A program made the position numbers and the translations under genes. Shown here piece after piece: positions 21,129-30,396 of a stretch of 64,000 nt of DNA. Position 1 is the first letter of the stretch, and the number at the start of each line of letters is the position of its first letter. The notes beneath the pieces are model-generated. The model saw nothing but the letters and a program-made list of their open reading frames with translations, made no database searches and was not told the origin of the DNA. The stretch is from Bacillota bacterium. GTDB lineage: Bacteria > Bacillota_I > Bacilli_A > Erysipelotrichales > Erysipelotrichaceae. The stretch covers positions 44,497 through 108,496 of the forward strand of contig JAEWFD010000045.1 in assembly GCA_023388995.1 (NCBI GenBank), given 5' to 3'.

Positions 21129-21600
21129 ACCGCCGGTGACGTTTCACTGCGATGCCCTCCAATAATACATCCTGAAGAGCAAACATTGTTTTTTCGTCAT
21201 TTGCTTCCATATGATCATAGCCCAGCAAATGCAATAATCCATGGGCAAACAAGAAGCAAACCTCCCGCTTGATGGTATGCTCATATTCCCGGCTTTGCCG
21301 GCGAACGGCATCTATGTTAATAAAAATATCCCCAAGTTCCTGCGCTTCATCCACTTCTGTCCAGTCAAATTCATCTTGCGTGTCCATAAGTGCAAAGCTG
21401 ATCACATCGGTTGGCATATCTTTATTTCGATACTCTTGATTAATCTTATGAATTTGCTCATCATCCACAAAAATAACAGAACATGCCAGCTGCTTTGTAA
21501 GTACCAGTTCTTTCATTGCCCGATCAGCAATCTGCTTAAAGTGCGTTTTGTAGCGCATCCAGGTAGATTCTTTCGTTTGATTCCACACTATGACATCCAT
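21115..21600 (-). CDS. ybeY: rRNA maturation endoribonuclease YbeY
   Basis: HGLLHLLGYDH zinc motif, about 160 aa. Confidence 0.9.
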   Translation of the reverse strand: MDVIVWNQTKESTWMRYKTHFKQIADRAMKELVLTKQLACSVIFVDDEQIHKINQEYRNKDMPTDVISFALMDTQDEFDWTEVDEAQELGDIFINIDAVRRQSREYEHTIKREVCFLFAHGLLHLLGYDHMEANDEKTMFALQDVLLEGIAVKRHRRYADE

Positions 21601-21614
21601 AGGCTTCTCACTTT

Positions 21615-22631
21615 CTAGTACCGCTCAATCAATGCATCAATCAATGCAATCGCCTTATCCAGCCGTTCTTTGTAATTGCCGCTGACTTCGACCACTGAGA
21701 AGCCTCGTTCATGGTACATATCTTTTAACTTCTCATGCAGGTGAATACGCCGTGCTTGATCTGAATTCAGACGTTTGCCATCGGCCACCCAGGCAACATC
21801 CGGACAAAGCATCAAAATCAGATCATATTGATTGGATTTAATAATGGATTCAATAATCTCATTTGACTCCTGCAAATACAATTGCGAATAATACTGCGTT
21901 ACAACTGCATCGGTATCAACAAAAGCCACCCGGTTGGCGGTACGGTAGGTCGATAGTTCTTTTTCCTTGTGCAGCCATGCCATGCGCGAAAAATCCAGTG
22001 TATTGTATACTTCTTCATTGCCCCCGGTATATTGATCCGGATAATGTCTTCCTACTTCTTCGCACCAAGAAGTATTGTATAATTTCCCCAGCGATTTGAT
22101 CAGTGTCGTTTTCCCGCTGGATTCAGTACCCGTAATCAAAATCCGCTTCACAAAATGAGGGCGGGCAGAACCAAGCAAATAGCCCCAGTAAGAAAGCGGC
22201 TTTGACAAAATATCTCCTGAAACAAGCGGAAACCGTGTTGACCGGTCCGGAAGCACAACATGCTCGCTGTTCAAAAAGATTGTTTGATAACGCACTAAAT
22301 CATGTTCCTTTTTCACAAACATCACATCAAAAGATTCATTCAGCTGTTCTTTTACAGCTGTTTCCACCGCTTGCGGATCACTGCTCTGATCCATTGTTAT
22401 TTTTCTTATTTTGATATGATTGATGTCCTGCAGCTGCTCGCACATCCAGCGCAGTCTTAAATTCCCATCAATATAAGGAATCCTATTCTGTTCACAAACT
22501 AAGCGATCCCGCTTCTCATCTTCTATGATTACAACCGTCAGTACATCTACCAGCGTCGATGCCTGGGCAATATGGAACATATGACCTCGGTGAGGAGGCA
22601 AATATCTTCCAAACAAAATGCCGCTTCGCAT
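21615..22631 (-). CDS. nadR: NadR-like bifunctional NMN adenylyltransferase / ribosylnicotinamide kinase (no HTH domain)
   Basis: The N-terminus GRYLPPHRGH is an (H/T)xGH nucleotidyltransferase motif. The C-terminal half has Walker A ITGTESSGKTT. RBS GAGGTGA. Confidence 0.7.
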   Translation of the reverse strand: MRSGILFGRYLPPHRGHMFHIAQASTLVDVLTVVIIEDEKRDRLVCEQNRIPYIDGNLRLRWMCEQLQDINHIKIRKITMDQSSDPQAVETAVKEQLNESFDVMFVKKEHDLVRYQTIFLNSEHVVLPDRSTRFPLVSGDILSKPLSYWGYLLGSARPHFVKRILITGTESSGKTTLIKSLGKLYNTSWCEEVGRHYPDQYTGGNEEVYNTLDFSRMAWLHKEKELSTYRTANRVAFVDTDAVVTQYYSQLYLQESNEIIESIIKSNQYDLILMLCPDVAWVADGKRLNSDQARRIHLHEKLKDMYHERGFSVVEVSGNYKERLDKAIALIDALIERY

Positions 22632-22673
22632 ATCATCACCTCAATATTAGTATAAGGTAAAGGTATCGAAAAA

Positions 22674-23027
22674 TCAAAAACAATCCACTACAAACACCTT
22701 TTTTGTAAAGAATTGCTGAAAAAGGAGCCGTGACAGGACCCGTTTCCCTTTCCACGGCTCATAATACCAAACCAGCCAGTCATAGCGCAGCAGCACGACA
22801 TAGTGCTGAAACTTCCCTCGCTGCAAATATGCAATACAGGGCAGCGGAATTTTTTCTTCGCTATAATATGCTTGGCAAGTATAACCATGGCTTTCCATCA
22901 CCTGTGCAAAATCATAAAAACTAAGCTCTGCACGACCTTCCAAAGCCAGCCATGCACTGTCTGTTAGGTGGCAGCCGATAATACTGCAATACTTCTGCAG
23001 TGCTCCATATCCGCAGCTAGTCATCAT
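22674..23027 (-). CDS. Stand-alone minimal peptidase C39-like domain protein
   Basis: 117 aa with Cys5 (TSCGYGAL), His75 (KFQHYVVLL) and YYEPWKG in place of the usual DPxxG block. Strong RBS AAAGGAGGAG. No transporter domain is attached. Confidence 0.5.
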   Translation of the reverse strand: MMTSCGYGALQKYCSIIGCHLTDSAWLALEGRAELSFYDFAQVMESHGYTCQAYYSEEKIPLPCIAYLQRGKFQHYVVLLRYDWLVWYYEPWKGKRVLSRLLFQQFFTKKVFVVDCF

Positions 23028-23073
23028 GTACTCCTCCTTTCTCTTGTCATTGTACCAGAAGGCAATTCTTCCT

Positions 23074-23098
23074 AAAAAAAAGCGCCGCTTTTAGCGGA
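23074..23098 (-). terminator. Weak putative terminator after phoH
   Basis: On the minus strand a short GC stem (ccgc-taaaa-gcgg) is followed by 8 T. The stem is only 4-5 bp. Confidence 0.3.
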
Positions 23099-23106
23099 CA
23101 CTATAT

Positions 23107-24072
23107 TTATTTACGCACTTCTTCCTGATCATATTGTTCAATAATGCGCTGGACCAAAGGATGCCGTACTACGTCTTTGCTGGATAAACGTACAATCTGA
23201 ATCCCATCAATGCCATCCAGTAATTTGCAGGCATGAATTAAACCGGACTTCTTGCCGCCAGGCAAATCAATTTGCGTAATATCTCCAGTAATTGCCATCT
23301 TGGACTTAAAGCCCATTCGCGTCAAAAACATTTTCATCTGTGCTTCTGTTGTATTTTGCGCTTCATCCAGAATAATATATGCATCTTCCAAAGTCCGGCC
23401 GCGCATATAAGCCAACGGAGCAATCTCGATCATTCCTTTTTCAATCAGCTTTTCCGTCGTCTCTTCACCAAGCATATCATGCAGAGCATCATACAACGGG
23501 CGTAAGTAAGGGTCAACCTTCTCTTTCAGATCACCAGGCAGAAAGCCTAGACTCTCCCCTGCTTCCACAGCAGGTCTAGTCAAAACAATCTTCTTGACGA
23601 CATTCTTTTTCCATAACGATACTGCATACACCACTGCAAGATATGTTTTTCCTGTTCCCGCAGGCCCAACACCAAACACAATATCCTGATTTTTCAATGC
23701 CTCCAAATAATAACGCTGCCCAAGTGTTTTCGGGTAAATCATTTTCCCTTGTGCATTCTTGGCAATCGGATGCTGGTACAAAGAAGACAACTCTTCTTTG
23801 CTTCCTTCCAGCGCCAACTTGCAGGCATATACCACATCACGGGATGAAATCTCCTGACGATTTAAAAGCAGGTCAGCCAAATCAAACAGTACCCGCTCTA
23901 CGTGCTGTGCTGTTTCCAAGGTTGTATTTCCGACATAGATCACATTGCTGCGTGCATGGATCTGGCAATGAAAAAATTGTGATATCAAACGCAAGTATTG
24001 ATCTTGTTCTCCAAACAAATCGCGAAGCTGCTCCAAATTTAGTTGCGTGATTTTGATTTCATATTGGTTCAA
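23107..24072 (-). CDS. phoH: PhoH-like ATPase
   Basis: Walker A GPAGTGKTYLAV, DEAQN Walker B, and position after yqfD. Confidence 0.9.
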   Translation of the reverse strand: MNQYEIKITQLNLEQLRDLFGEQDQYLRLISQFFHCQIHARSNVIYVGNTTLETAQHVERVLFDLADLLLNRQEISSRDVVYACKLALEGSKEELSSLYQHPIAKNAQGKMIYPKTLGQRYYLEALKNQDIVFGVGPAGTGKTYLAVVYAVSLWKKNVVKKIVLTRPAVEAGESLGFLPGDLKEKVDPYLRPLYDALHDMLGEETTEKLIEKGMIEIAPLAYMRGRTLEDAYIILDEAQNTTEAQMKMFLTRMGFKSKMAITGDITQIDLPGGKKSGLIHACKLLDGIDGIQIVRLSSKDVVRHPLVQRIIEQYDQEEVRK

Positions 24073-24084
24073 TGAATGCTCCTC

Positions 24085-25047
24085 CTACGGATGTGTAATA
24101 TTTTCAAATAGTGTATATTGTATTTTCATCTTTATTGTACCCTGTTCGCTCGCAAAAAGCAAAATATTTTCCGTTTCAATAGATTCGTCTTCTTGCAGCT
24201 CTTTGGAAATTTGCAGGCGGCAGTCAAACAGCAGCTGAAAAAAAGCAAATGATTTATGGAATGATGTCAGTGCATTCTCTTTGATCTTTGCTTCAATGAT
24301 CGTTTGCGTATATGCATAGACAGCCCCCTCTACATAAGTCGTCTCAATTTCATTCTTGCTATCCAACAAATCCGATGTAATTAAGACATCTCCAACGTTC
24401 ACAAAATCAAATTCCTTCACCATTTTCACACCACGTTTTACATCAAATTTGGCAATCACACCCGATTTGTAAGCAATCAGCGGCTGCGACGATTTTGGTT
24501 TCACACTTGCCTTCACCCGTCCTACATAATCAATGAAATAAACGGATCCCTGATTTCGCAAATTGATCCACTCAATTTCCTCAAAGAAATGTTCCTTGAG
24601 ATCTTGTTCCAAATCCCGCAGTTTTTCGGCAGACAGTTTGCGCATAGGTGTTGCAATATTTTGCGCTGTCAGATACGTCTGTATTTTTTCTTCCAGAATC
24701 GTACTGGAGCCTCGCAGCTGAATCGTATAAATTAAATTCGAGCATACCAGAATGGTAAGCACGGAAGCAGCAATCGCTGCTATTCTTCGTGGTTTGCGCA
24801 GCTGAGCAAACAGAAACCCAATGATCCCGGTGGTCCGAACCAGCTCGCCATTACGGAACATCCGCTGGCATACACGGCGGTCCATCACGGGTGCATAAAA
24901 GTAAACCCAGCCATCTTTCATCCATAAATCAAACACTTGCAATCGTTGCTGCTTGCAAATTTGGCTGATTTCCTCTATGTCATATGGCACCCGGTATAAA
25001 TCATAGCCCCATTCACGCATTGCTTTCATCGTAATATACTCCGTCAA
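24085..25047 (-). CDS. yqfD: Sporulation protein YqfD
   Basis: Central TM segment, size and position after yqfC, as in Bacillus and Clostridia. The start may be one of the internal ATGs at 25029 or 25020. Confidence 0.75.
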   Translation of the reverse strand: MTEYITMKAMREWGYDLYRVPYDIEEISQICKQQRLQVFDLWMKDGWVYFYAPVMDRRVCQRMFRNGELVRTTGIIGFLFAQLRKPRRIAAIAASVLTILVCSNLIYTIQLRGSSTILEEKIQTYLTAQNIATPMRKLSAEKLRDLEQDLKEHFFEEIEWINLRNQGSVYFIDYVGRVKASVKPKSSQPLIAYKSGVIAKFDVKRGVKMVKEFDFVNVGDVLITSDLLDSKNEIETTYVEGAVYAYTQTIIEAKIKENALTSFHKSFAFFQLLFDCRLQISKELQEDESIETENILLFASEQGTIKMKIQYTLFENITHP

Positions 25048-25216
25048 TGGTTCCCTTGATTACAATCTCATATTTGCTCAGCGCGGTGACTTGCAGGGAT
25101 GTCCCTTTCACCACTACATCATGACTCTCGCACATGATCACTACCATGTCATCGCGAATCAGCTTGATCGTGCGATAGGTTTCAACTGTGATTTTACCAC
25201 GTTCCATGATTACCAT
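25013..25216 (-). CDS. yqfC: Sporulation protein YqfC (YabP/YqfC family)
   Basis: YabP-like beta-rich sequence. Start chosen at ATG 25214-25216, 5 nt after GAGGTGG. The longer TTG start at 25267 abuts the rpsU terminator. Confidence 0.7.
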   Translation of the reverse strand: MVIMERGKITVETYRTIKLIRDDMVVIMCESHDVVVKGTSLQVTALSKYEIVIKGTIDGVYYDESNA

Positions 25217-25265
25217 ATAAACCACCTCAAGCAAGTATATGCGACGGTCTATGAAATCTGCACGC

Positions 25266-25291
25266 AAAATAAAAAGAGCCGGCGGCTCTTA
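25266..25291 (-). terminator. Rho-independent terminator after rpsU
   Basis: On the minus strand: aagagcc-gcc-ggctctt followed by TTTTATTTT. It overlaps the rpsU stop codon. Confidence 0.7.
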
Positions 25292-25468
25292 TTTTTTACG
25301 TGTTGCTTTACGCGCAGCTTCTGACTTCAGTTTGCGGCGCACACCAGGTTTTACATAAAACTCTCTTTTTCGTGCTTCAGCGAGGGTTCCATTGCGGGAT
25401 ACTTGACGTTTAAATCTGCGTAGTGCATCATCCAGCATCTCATTTTCTCTAAGAACTACTTTTGGCAT
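25289..25468 (-). CDS. rpsU: 30S ribosomal protein S21
   Basis: Hand translation gives [59 protein letters not shown] (59 aa, below the ORF-track cutoff). RBS GGGAGGG. Confidence 0.9.
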   Translation of the reverse strand: MPKVVLRENEMLDDALRRFKRQVSRNGTLAEARKREFYVKPGVRRKLKSEAARKATRKK

Positions 25469-25499
25469 TTTCTAACCCTCCCTTCTCACGTCCTTTTAT

Positions 25500-25528
25500 A
25501 TTATAAACACTTCAACCCATAAAATCAA
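25500..25528 (-). promoter_or_regulatory. SigA-type promoter for rpsU
   Basis: On the minus strand: TTGATT (25523-25528), 17 nt spacer, TATAAT (25500-25505). About 30 nt upstream of the rpsU start. Confidence 0.6.
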
Positions 25529-26299
25529 TACAAAATATCAAGAAATAGAAAATAAATAGCACTCATTTTCACCGATAAAACCATTGTTTTTTTAATATCC
25601 CTTACAGCTTGCCTCATTTTGCGAAGCAATCTGTTTGAAATTCCAACTTCTAGTTATGCAGACCCTTTCCATCTAAGATTGCATCAACCCCCTTCTTTCC
25701 CCATTCTTCCCCTGTTTTTGCTTGCTCCGGCTTGATGAAATGTAGTAAGTATACAAGCTGCCTTCGTGATGCCAAGAAAACAAAAGCCTCCTCAACTGCG
25801 GCATTTCTTTGATCTTACTACCCAACTGCTTAGGAGTGACCTATGCGGCAGTTCCAGACAACTTCCTTTCCGAAACACTCCATTCCATTGCTTCCGGCCC
25901 ATATTGTTTGATATCATCTTGCAAGGATAAAATCTCTTCAAGTTTGAAACTGAATTTACCTACCTGCTTGCACTTGCAGGCTTTGTTGAATTAGCCGCTG
26001 CTTCGGATCTTCCAGCATTGAGCTTAAACCAATGTACCAAAACAACATTTTTGCCATTTAAAACAGAGCATGGAATAGCCCGCTTTATAGTTTTTCAAGA
26101 CCACATGCCAAAATCATATTGCACAACGCTGCAAACTCCATGCACCCTCTCGTTTTTCTTGCAAAAGTTGATCCAGCTGCGCATTTTTGCTTTGTCCAGA
26201 CATGCTATCGCCCACCTTCTGCTATTTCTCATAGTACAGCAATCAAATCCATGAGCCAATTAAGATACCATTACTTATGCATTATTTGACGCATCTTTT

Positions 26300-26350
26300 T
26301 TGCTTATTGCACATTGTTGTGATACTATCAAAGCAAAGCATGCAATGCTT
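26300..26350 (+). promoter_or_regulatory. Ferritin promoter with two palindromes (candidate metalloregulator operators)
   Basis: TTGCTT (26300-26305), 17 nt spacer, TGa-TACTAT (26323-26328). Palindrome TGATAcTATCA (26320-26330) overlaps the -10. A second palindrome, AAGCAT-gca-ATGCTT (26336-26350), lies in the 5' UTR. Confidence 0.45.
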
Positions 26351-26369
26351 GTAAAAGGAGAAATATTTT

Positions 26370-26882
26370 ATGAATGAAACAGTAGTTTCCCTATTAAACG
26401 AACAAATTCAAAAAGAAATGTATTCCGCATATTTGTACTTAGACATAGCAAATTATTACAGTGATGAAGGATTGGAAGGCTTCGAAAACTGGTTTGAAGT
26501 CCAAGCAAAAGAAGAAATGGATCATGCTATGCTGTTCCGCGGCTATTTGCTGAACAACGGTCATAAGATTACCTTATTGCCGATTGATGCACCGCAAGAA
26601 AAGTGGAGTCAATTTGACACTCCTCTCCATGCAGCACTGACACACGAAGAATATGTAACAGCTTCTATCAATACGATCTATGAAGCAGCACTTGCCGCAA
26701 AAGATTATCGCACCTTGGAATTCTTGAACTGGTTTGTCAAGGAACAAGGCGAAGAAGAAAAGAATGCAACTGACCTGATCAAGAAGTTTGATTTATTTGG
26801 CCACGATGCAAAAGGACTGTATGCATTAGATCAGGAATTAAAAACCCGCATATACGCAGCACCTTCCCTGGTATTGGAATAA
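26370..26882 (+). CDS. ftnA: Non-haem ferritin (Ftn)
   Basis: Ferroxidase-centre residues (E..Y, EEMDHA, E...Q), 170 aa, RBS AAAGGAG. Confidence 0.9.
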   Translation: MNETVVSLLNEQIQKEMYSAYLYLDIANYYSDEGLEGFENWFEVQAKEEMDHAMLFRGYLLNNGHKITLLPIDAPQEKWSQFDTPLHAALTHEEYVTASINTIYEAALAAKDYRTLEFLNWFVKEQGEEEKNATDLIKKFDLFGHDAKGLYALDQELKTRIYAAPSLVLE

Positions 26883-26885
26883 TCA

Positions 26886-26912
26886 CGAGCGAGCAGACAC
26901 TGCTCGTTTTTA
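26886..26912 (+). terminator. Terminator after the ferritin gene
   Basis: cgagcag-aca-ctgctcg followed by TTTTTAT. Confidence 0.6.
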
Positions 26913-26938
26913 TATGAAAAAGAGCAGTAAACCCGCTC

Positions 26939-27388
26939 CTAAAAGATATGAGGAAGCCAAACTTCATTCTCAATCACATACTGAAACTCAGATCGATCAT
27001 CTTCATCAAAAATACGAAGCAGCAATGCGAAATCATCTACAGCTTCTACGCCCGAAAGATCTTTCCGGTCAAGCCAAAGCATTTCTCCTTCCGCGGAAGA
27101 TTGCAAGGTTCCTGCAAATTGATCTGTCTTGAACAAGAAAACCACATAGCGGCCATCCGCAATCGGGAATTGCTTCACCCCGCATAATTTAGGGTTGAAG
27201 ATTGTAAGTCCCGTCTCTTCTTTCATTTCCCGCATAACTGCTTGCACAAATGATTCCCCCGGTTCCACACGTCCGCCCGGAAGGGCATACCCCTTCCAGT
27301 CCGTCTTCACCCGGTTTTGCACTAAAATTTGGTCTTCCTGATAAATCAAGCAAAGTACCGTCAATTCTACTTGTTCTGTGCGGCTCAT
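26939..27388 (-). CDS. NUDIX hydrolase (MutT-like)
   Basis: Nudix box GGRVEPGESFVQAVMREMKEETGL. The start ATG 27386-27388 overlaps the uvrA2 stop codon (TAATG). Confidence 0.8.
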   Translation of the reverse strand: MSRTEQVELTVLCLIYQEDQILVQNRVKTDWKGYALPGGRVEPGESFVQAVMREMKEETGLTIFNPKLCGVKQFPIADGRYVVFLFKTDQFAGTLQSSAEGEMLWLDRKDLSGVEAVDDFALLLRIFDEDDRSEFQYVIENEVWLPHIF

Positions 27389-29624
27389 TACAAATACCGT
27401 CCGGTGATGGAACGGCTGCATTGTTTCAAATCAGCAACACGTCCTTCAAACAGAATTTCCCCGCCGGCATTTCCGCCATCCGGTCCCAAATCGACAATCC
27501 AATCTGCATGGCGGATCACATCCAAATGGTGCTCAATTACAATCACGGTATTGCCTTGTTCTACAAGTTCGTCAAGAATACGCAAGATATGCTCCACATC
27601 AGATAAATGCAAGCCGGATGTCGGTTCATCCAGAATATACAGCTTGCCATTCGTTTTTAGCTCTTTCGCAAGTTTCAAACGCTGTGCTTCTCCGCCCGAT
27701 AAGGTATCCAGCGGCTGGCCCAGTGTTAAATATGATAACCCCACTGTAATCAATTGTTCCAGCTGTTTCTTGATTTTTGGATCATCAAAAAAGGCATATG
27801 CATCTTCCATCGTCATGTTCATTACATCGACGATATTTTTTTCTTTATAGAGATATTCCAATACCGCAGGCTTGTAACGATTCCCCTGGCAGTCGCTGCA
27901 TTCTACTTCACTCTTATCCATATAGGACAAATTCAGTTCAATCTTGCCGCTGCCGCCGCAAGTTTCACACTTGCCAATGGAATTATAGCTGAACAACCCC
28001 GCCGGCTGCCCATGTACCTTCGCGTAGGTGCTGCGAATCAGATCCATGATCCCGATAAAAGTAGCCGGATTTGATCTGCTGTTGGTGTGAACGCCGCTTT
28101 GATCAATGTAAACAGCATGTGGATGTTCTTTCAGAAACACTTTTGTCAAAGTGCTTTTTCCTGAACCCGCAACTCCTGTTACCACCGTCAAAACCCCTTC
28201 AGGGATGCGAAGTGCTACATTCTTCAAATTATGCAGGGTACTTTGCTTGCTGCTGATCAATGTTGTGTAAGCGCGTGGCTCATGAGCCGGCAAGCAGCGT
28301 TCCCTTAAATACCTTCCTGTCAGCGTATCTGTCCGCAAAAGTTCCTGATAGGTACCCGCAAAGGTAATCTCTCCACCATGACTCCCCGCTTTAGGACCAA
28401 CATCAATGACATAATCCGCAATTGCAATTACGTCGGGATCATGTTCCACAACAATTACTGTATTTCCTTTGTCGCGGATCTTTCTAAGCAAATCATTCAA
28501 TCGATATACATCTCTGGGGTGCAAGCCTGTGCTTGGCTCATCAAAGATGTAAATCATCTGGTTCAGGCTGCTCGATAAATACTTAACCATTTTAATCCGC
28601 TGCGATTCCCCGCCGGATAATGTTTCTGATTCCCGGTTCAGGTTCATATATCCAAGTCCAATATCCACCAGACTTTGCACTCTGGACTTAATCCCATCAA
28701 TGATAATCTGCCCTTCCGGGACATGCAATGTATCTAAAACATCCTGCAATTGATCCAGTTCCAACTCTGTCAGATCATAAATAGAATATCCATTGATTTT
28801 AGAATCCAGCACTTCTTTGCGGTAGCGTTTGCCATGGCAAGTTGGACAACTATCCATGATCGTAAATTTCTCCAGTTTTTTGCTTTTTGCTTCGCTGACA
28901 TCTTGATCCCGCTGCAACGTTCTCATAAACCGAGGAACCAATCCTTCAAATGTTGTTTCAAAGGTACTGGATTTATATGTAACAGTCAGCGGACGACCGC
29001 TTTCATGCAATAGCAAGTGCATCTCTTCTTCACTATAATCCTTGATCTTCTTGTCTATATCGAATAAACCAACATGGGCAAACTCTTTCCAATAAAAAGT
29101 TCCTACCCCATAACCCGGCAGTAAGATAGCACCTTCAGATAGTGCTTTTTCCGGATCCAGCACCGTATCCAAGTTCAGCGTGATCGTCTTCCCGATTCCT
29201 TGGCACACATCACACATCCCTTCCGGATCATTAAAGGAGTACGAATTCGCAAACCCTTTCCCCGCCCTTGGTTTCCCAAAGCGCGAAAACAGCAAACGGA
29301 ATAACGAATTAATATCTGTCGCCGTTCCTACTGTTGAGCGGGCATTTCCTCCCAATCGCTTTTGGTCAATCACAACACAAACTGAAAGATGATTGATCTC
29401 CTCTACATCCGGTCTTGCATAGCGCGGCAAAAACAGCCTGGTGAAGCTGTTATAGGTTTCATTCAGCTGCCTCCTGCCTCTTGCGCAATGGTATCAAATA
29501 CAATAGAAGACTTTCCGCTCCCTGATACTCCGGTAAACACTGTAATCTTTCCTTTGGGGATCTGTAAACTGACACCTTTCAAGTTATTTTCTTTCGCATT
29601 TTTTACGGTAATCCATTCAGTCAT
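27388..29624 (-). pseudogene. UvrA-paralogue (class II UvrA-like, about 745 aa, double ABC ATPase), frameshifted near 29470
   Basis: ATG 29622-29624 (RBS GGAGGGA) opens [56 protein letters not shown] (stop at 29463-29465). The rest of the protein ([25 protein letters not shown]..., ORF 27388..29430) continues in another frame. One missing nucleotide at about 29470 restores a single ORF. Confidence 0.75.
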
Positions 29625-29731
29625 CAAAATCCCTCCGTTCATTTCGTTATTTTACCACATCTGATAATCGCAAAACAAAAAAAGTAATCCGAAGATGTAC
29701 TTTTCTGTATATCATATAAGGTTTGTTATTT

Positions 29732-30343
29732 TCAACCGCGAATCATCTTGATTGTATCGCCAATGAGGATTCCTTCTTTATCATTCAAGCGAATCACCTC
29801 GCACTGGTTGGTTATTTCGTAGTTGCGGCAGACTTCTTCCAAATTGTCGTAACGATTCAGAAAGCTGGAATAATGCGGCATGATATCTACCTCGGTAAGT
29901 CCAAATCCCTCCAAATCTGACAAACCAACATCATTCATGTCTGGTGTCAGCTGGGCAACCAGATGCAAATTGCGCTGCATAACAAGTGCACCCGCACTCC
30001 AGCCAATTAACAAGGCATTGTCTGCAATCGCCAGTTGATGCAGGATTTCCCGAAGTGGCAATTGCTTCATTTGCTTCAACAAATAAAACGGATTGCCTCC
30101 GACAAACTCAATCAGATCATACGGTCTAAGGTCTTGCTCGCTATCGTCATCCAAATCTAAAATATCTACTTGAAACCCTTCCTGCTTGAAAAAAGAACTG
30201 ATTCTTGGAAGATGCGGATGTTGCTTCTTGGCATCCCGATCTGCCGTAACTACAATTGCGGCTTTGCGTTTTTGAAATGGTATTTCCTTAACTGCATTCA
30301 TCAGTGAATCAGATGTAATTCCATCTGAGCATAGTAACAGCAT
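29732..30343 (-). CDS. Peptidase S51 (dipeptidase E-like, class I glutamine amidotransferase-like fold)
   Basis: The nucleophile elbow LIGWSAGALV fits S51. Start chosen at ATG 30341-30343 after AAAGGGGA. Confidence 0.65.
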   Translation of the reverse strand: MLLLCSDGITSDSLMNAVKEIPFQKRKAAIVVTADRDAKKQHPHLPRISSFFKQEGFQVDILDLDDDSEQDLRPYDLIEFVGGNPFYLLKQMKQLPLREILHQLAIADNALLIGWSAGALVMQRNLHLVAQLTPDMNDVGLSDLEGFGLTEVDIMPHYSSFLNRYDNLEEVCRNYEITNQCEVIRLNDKEGILIGDTIKMIRG

Positions 30344-30396
30344 AGATTTCCCCTTTGCATTTTTTAGTTTTATTGTAAGTTTCTTTGCTATCCCTG

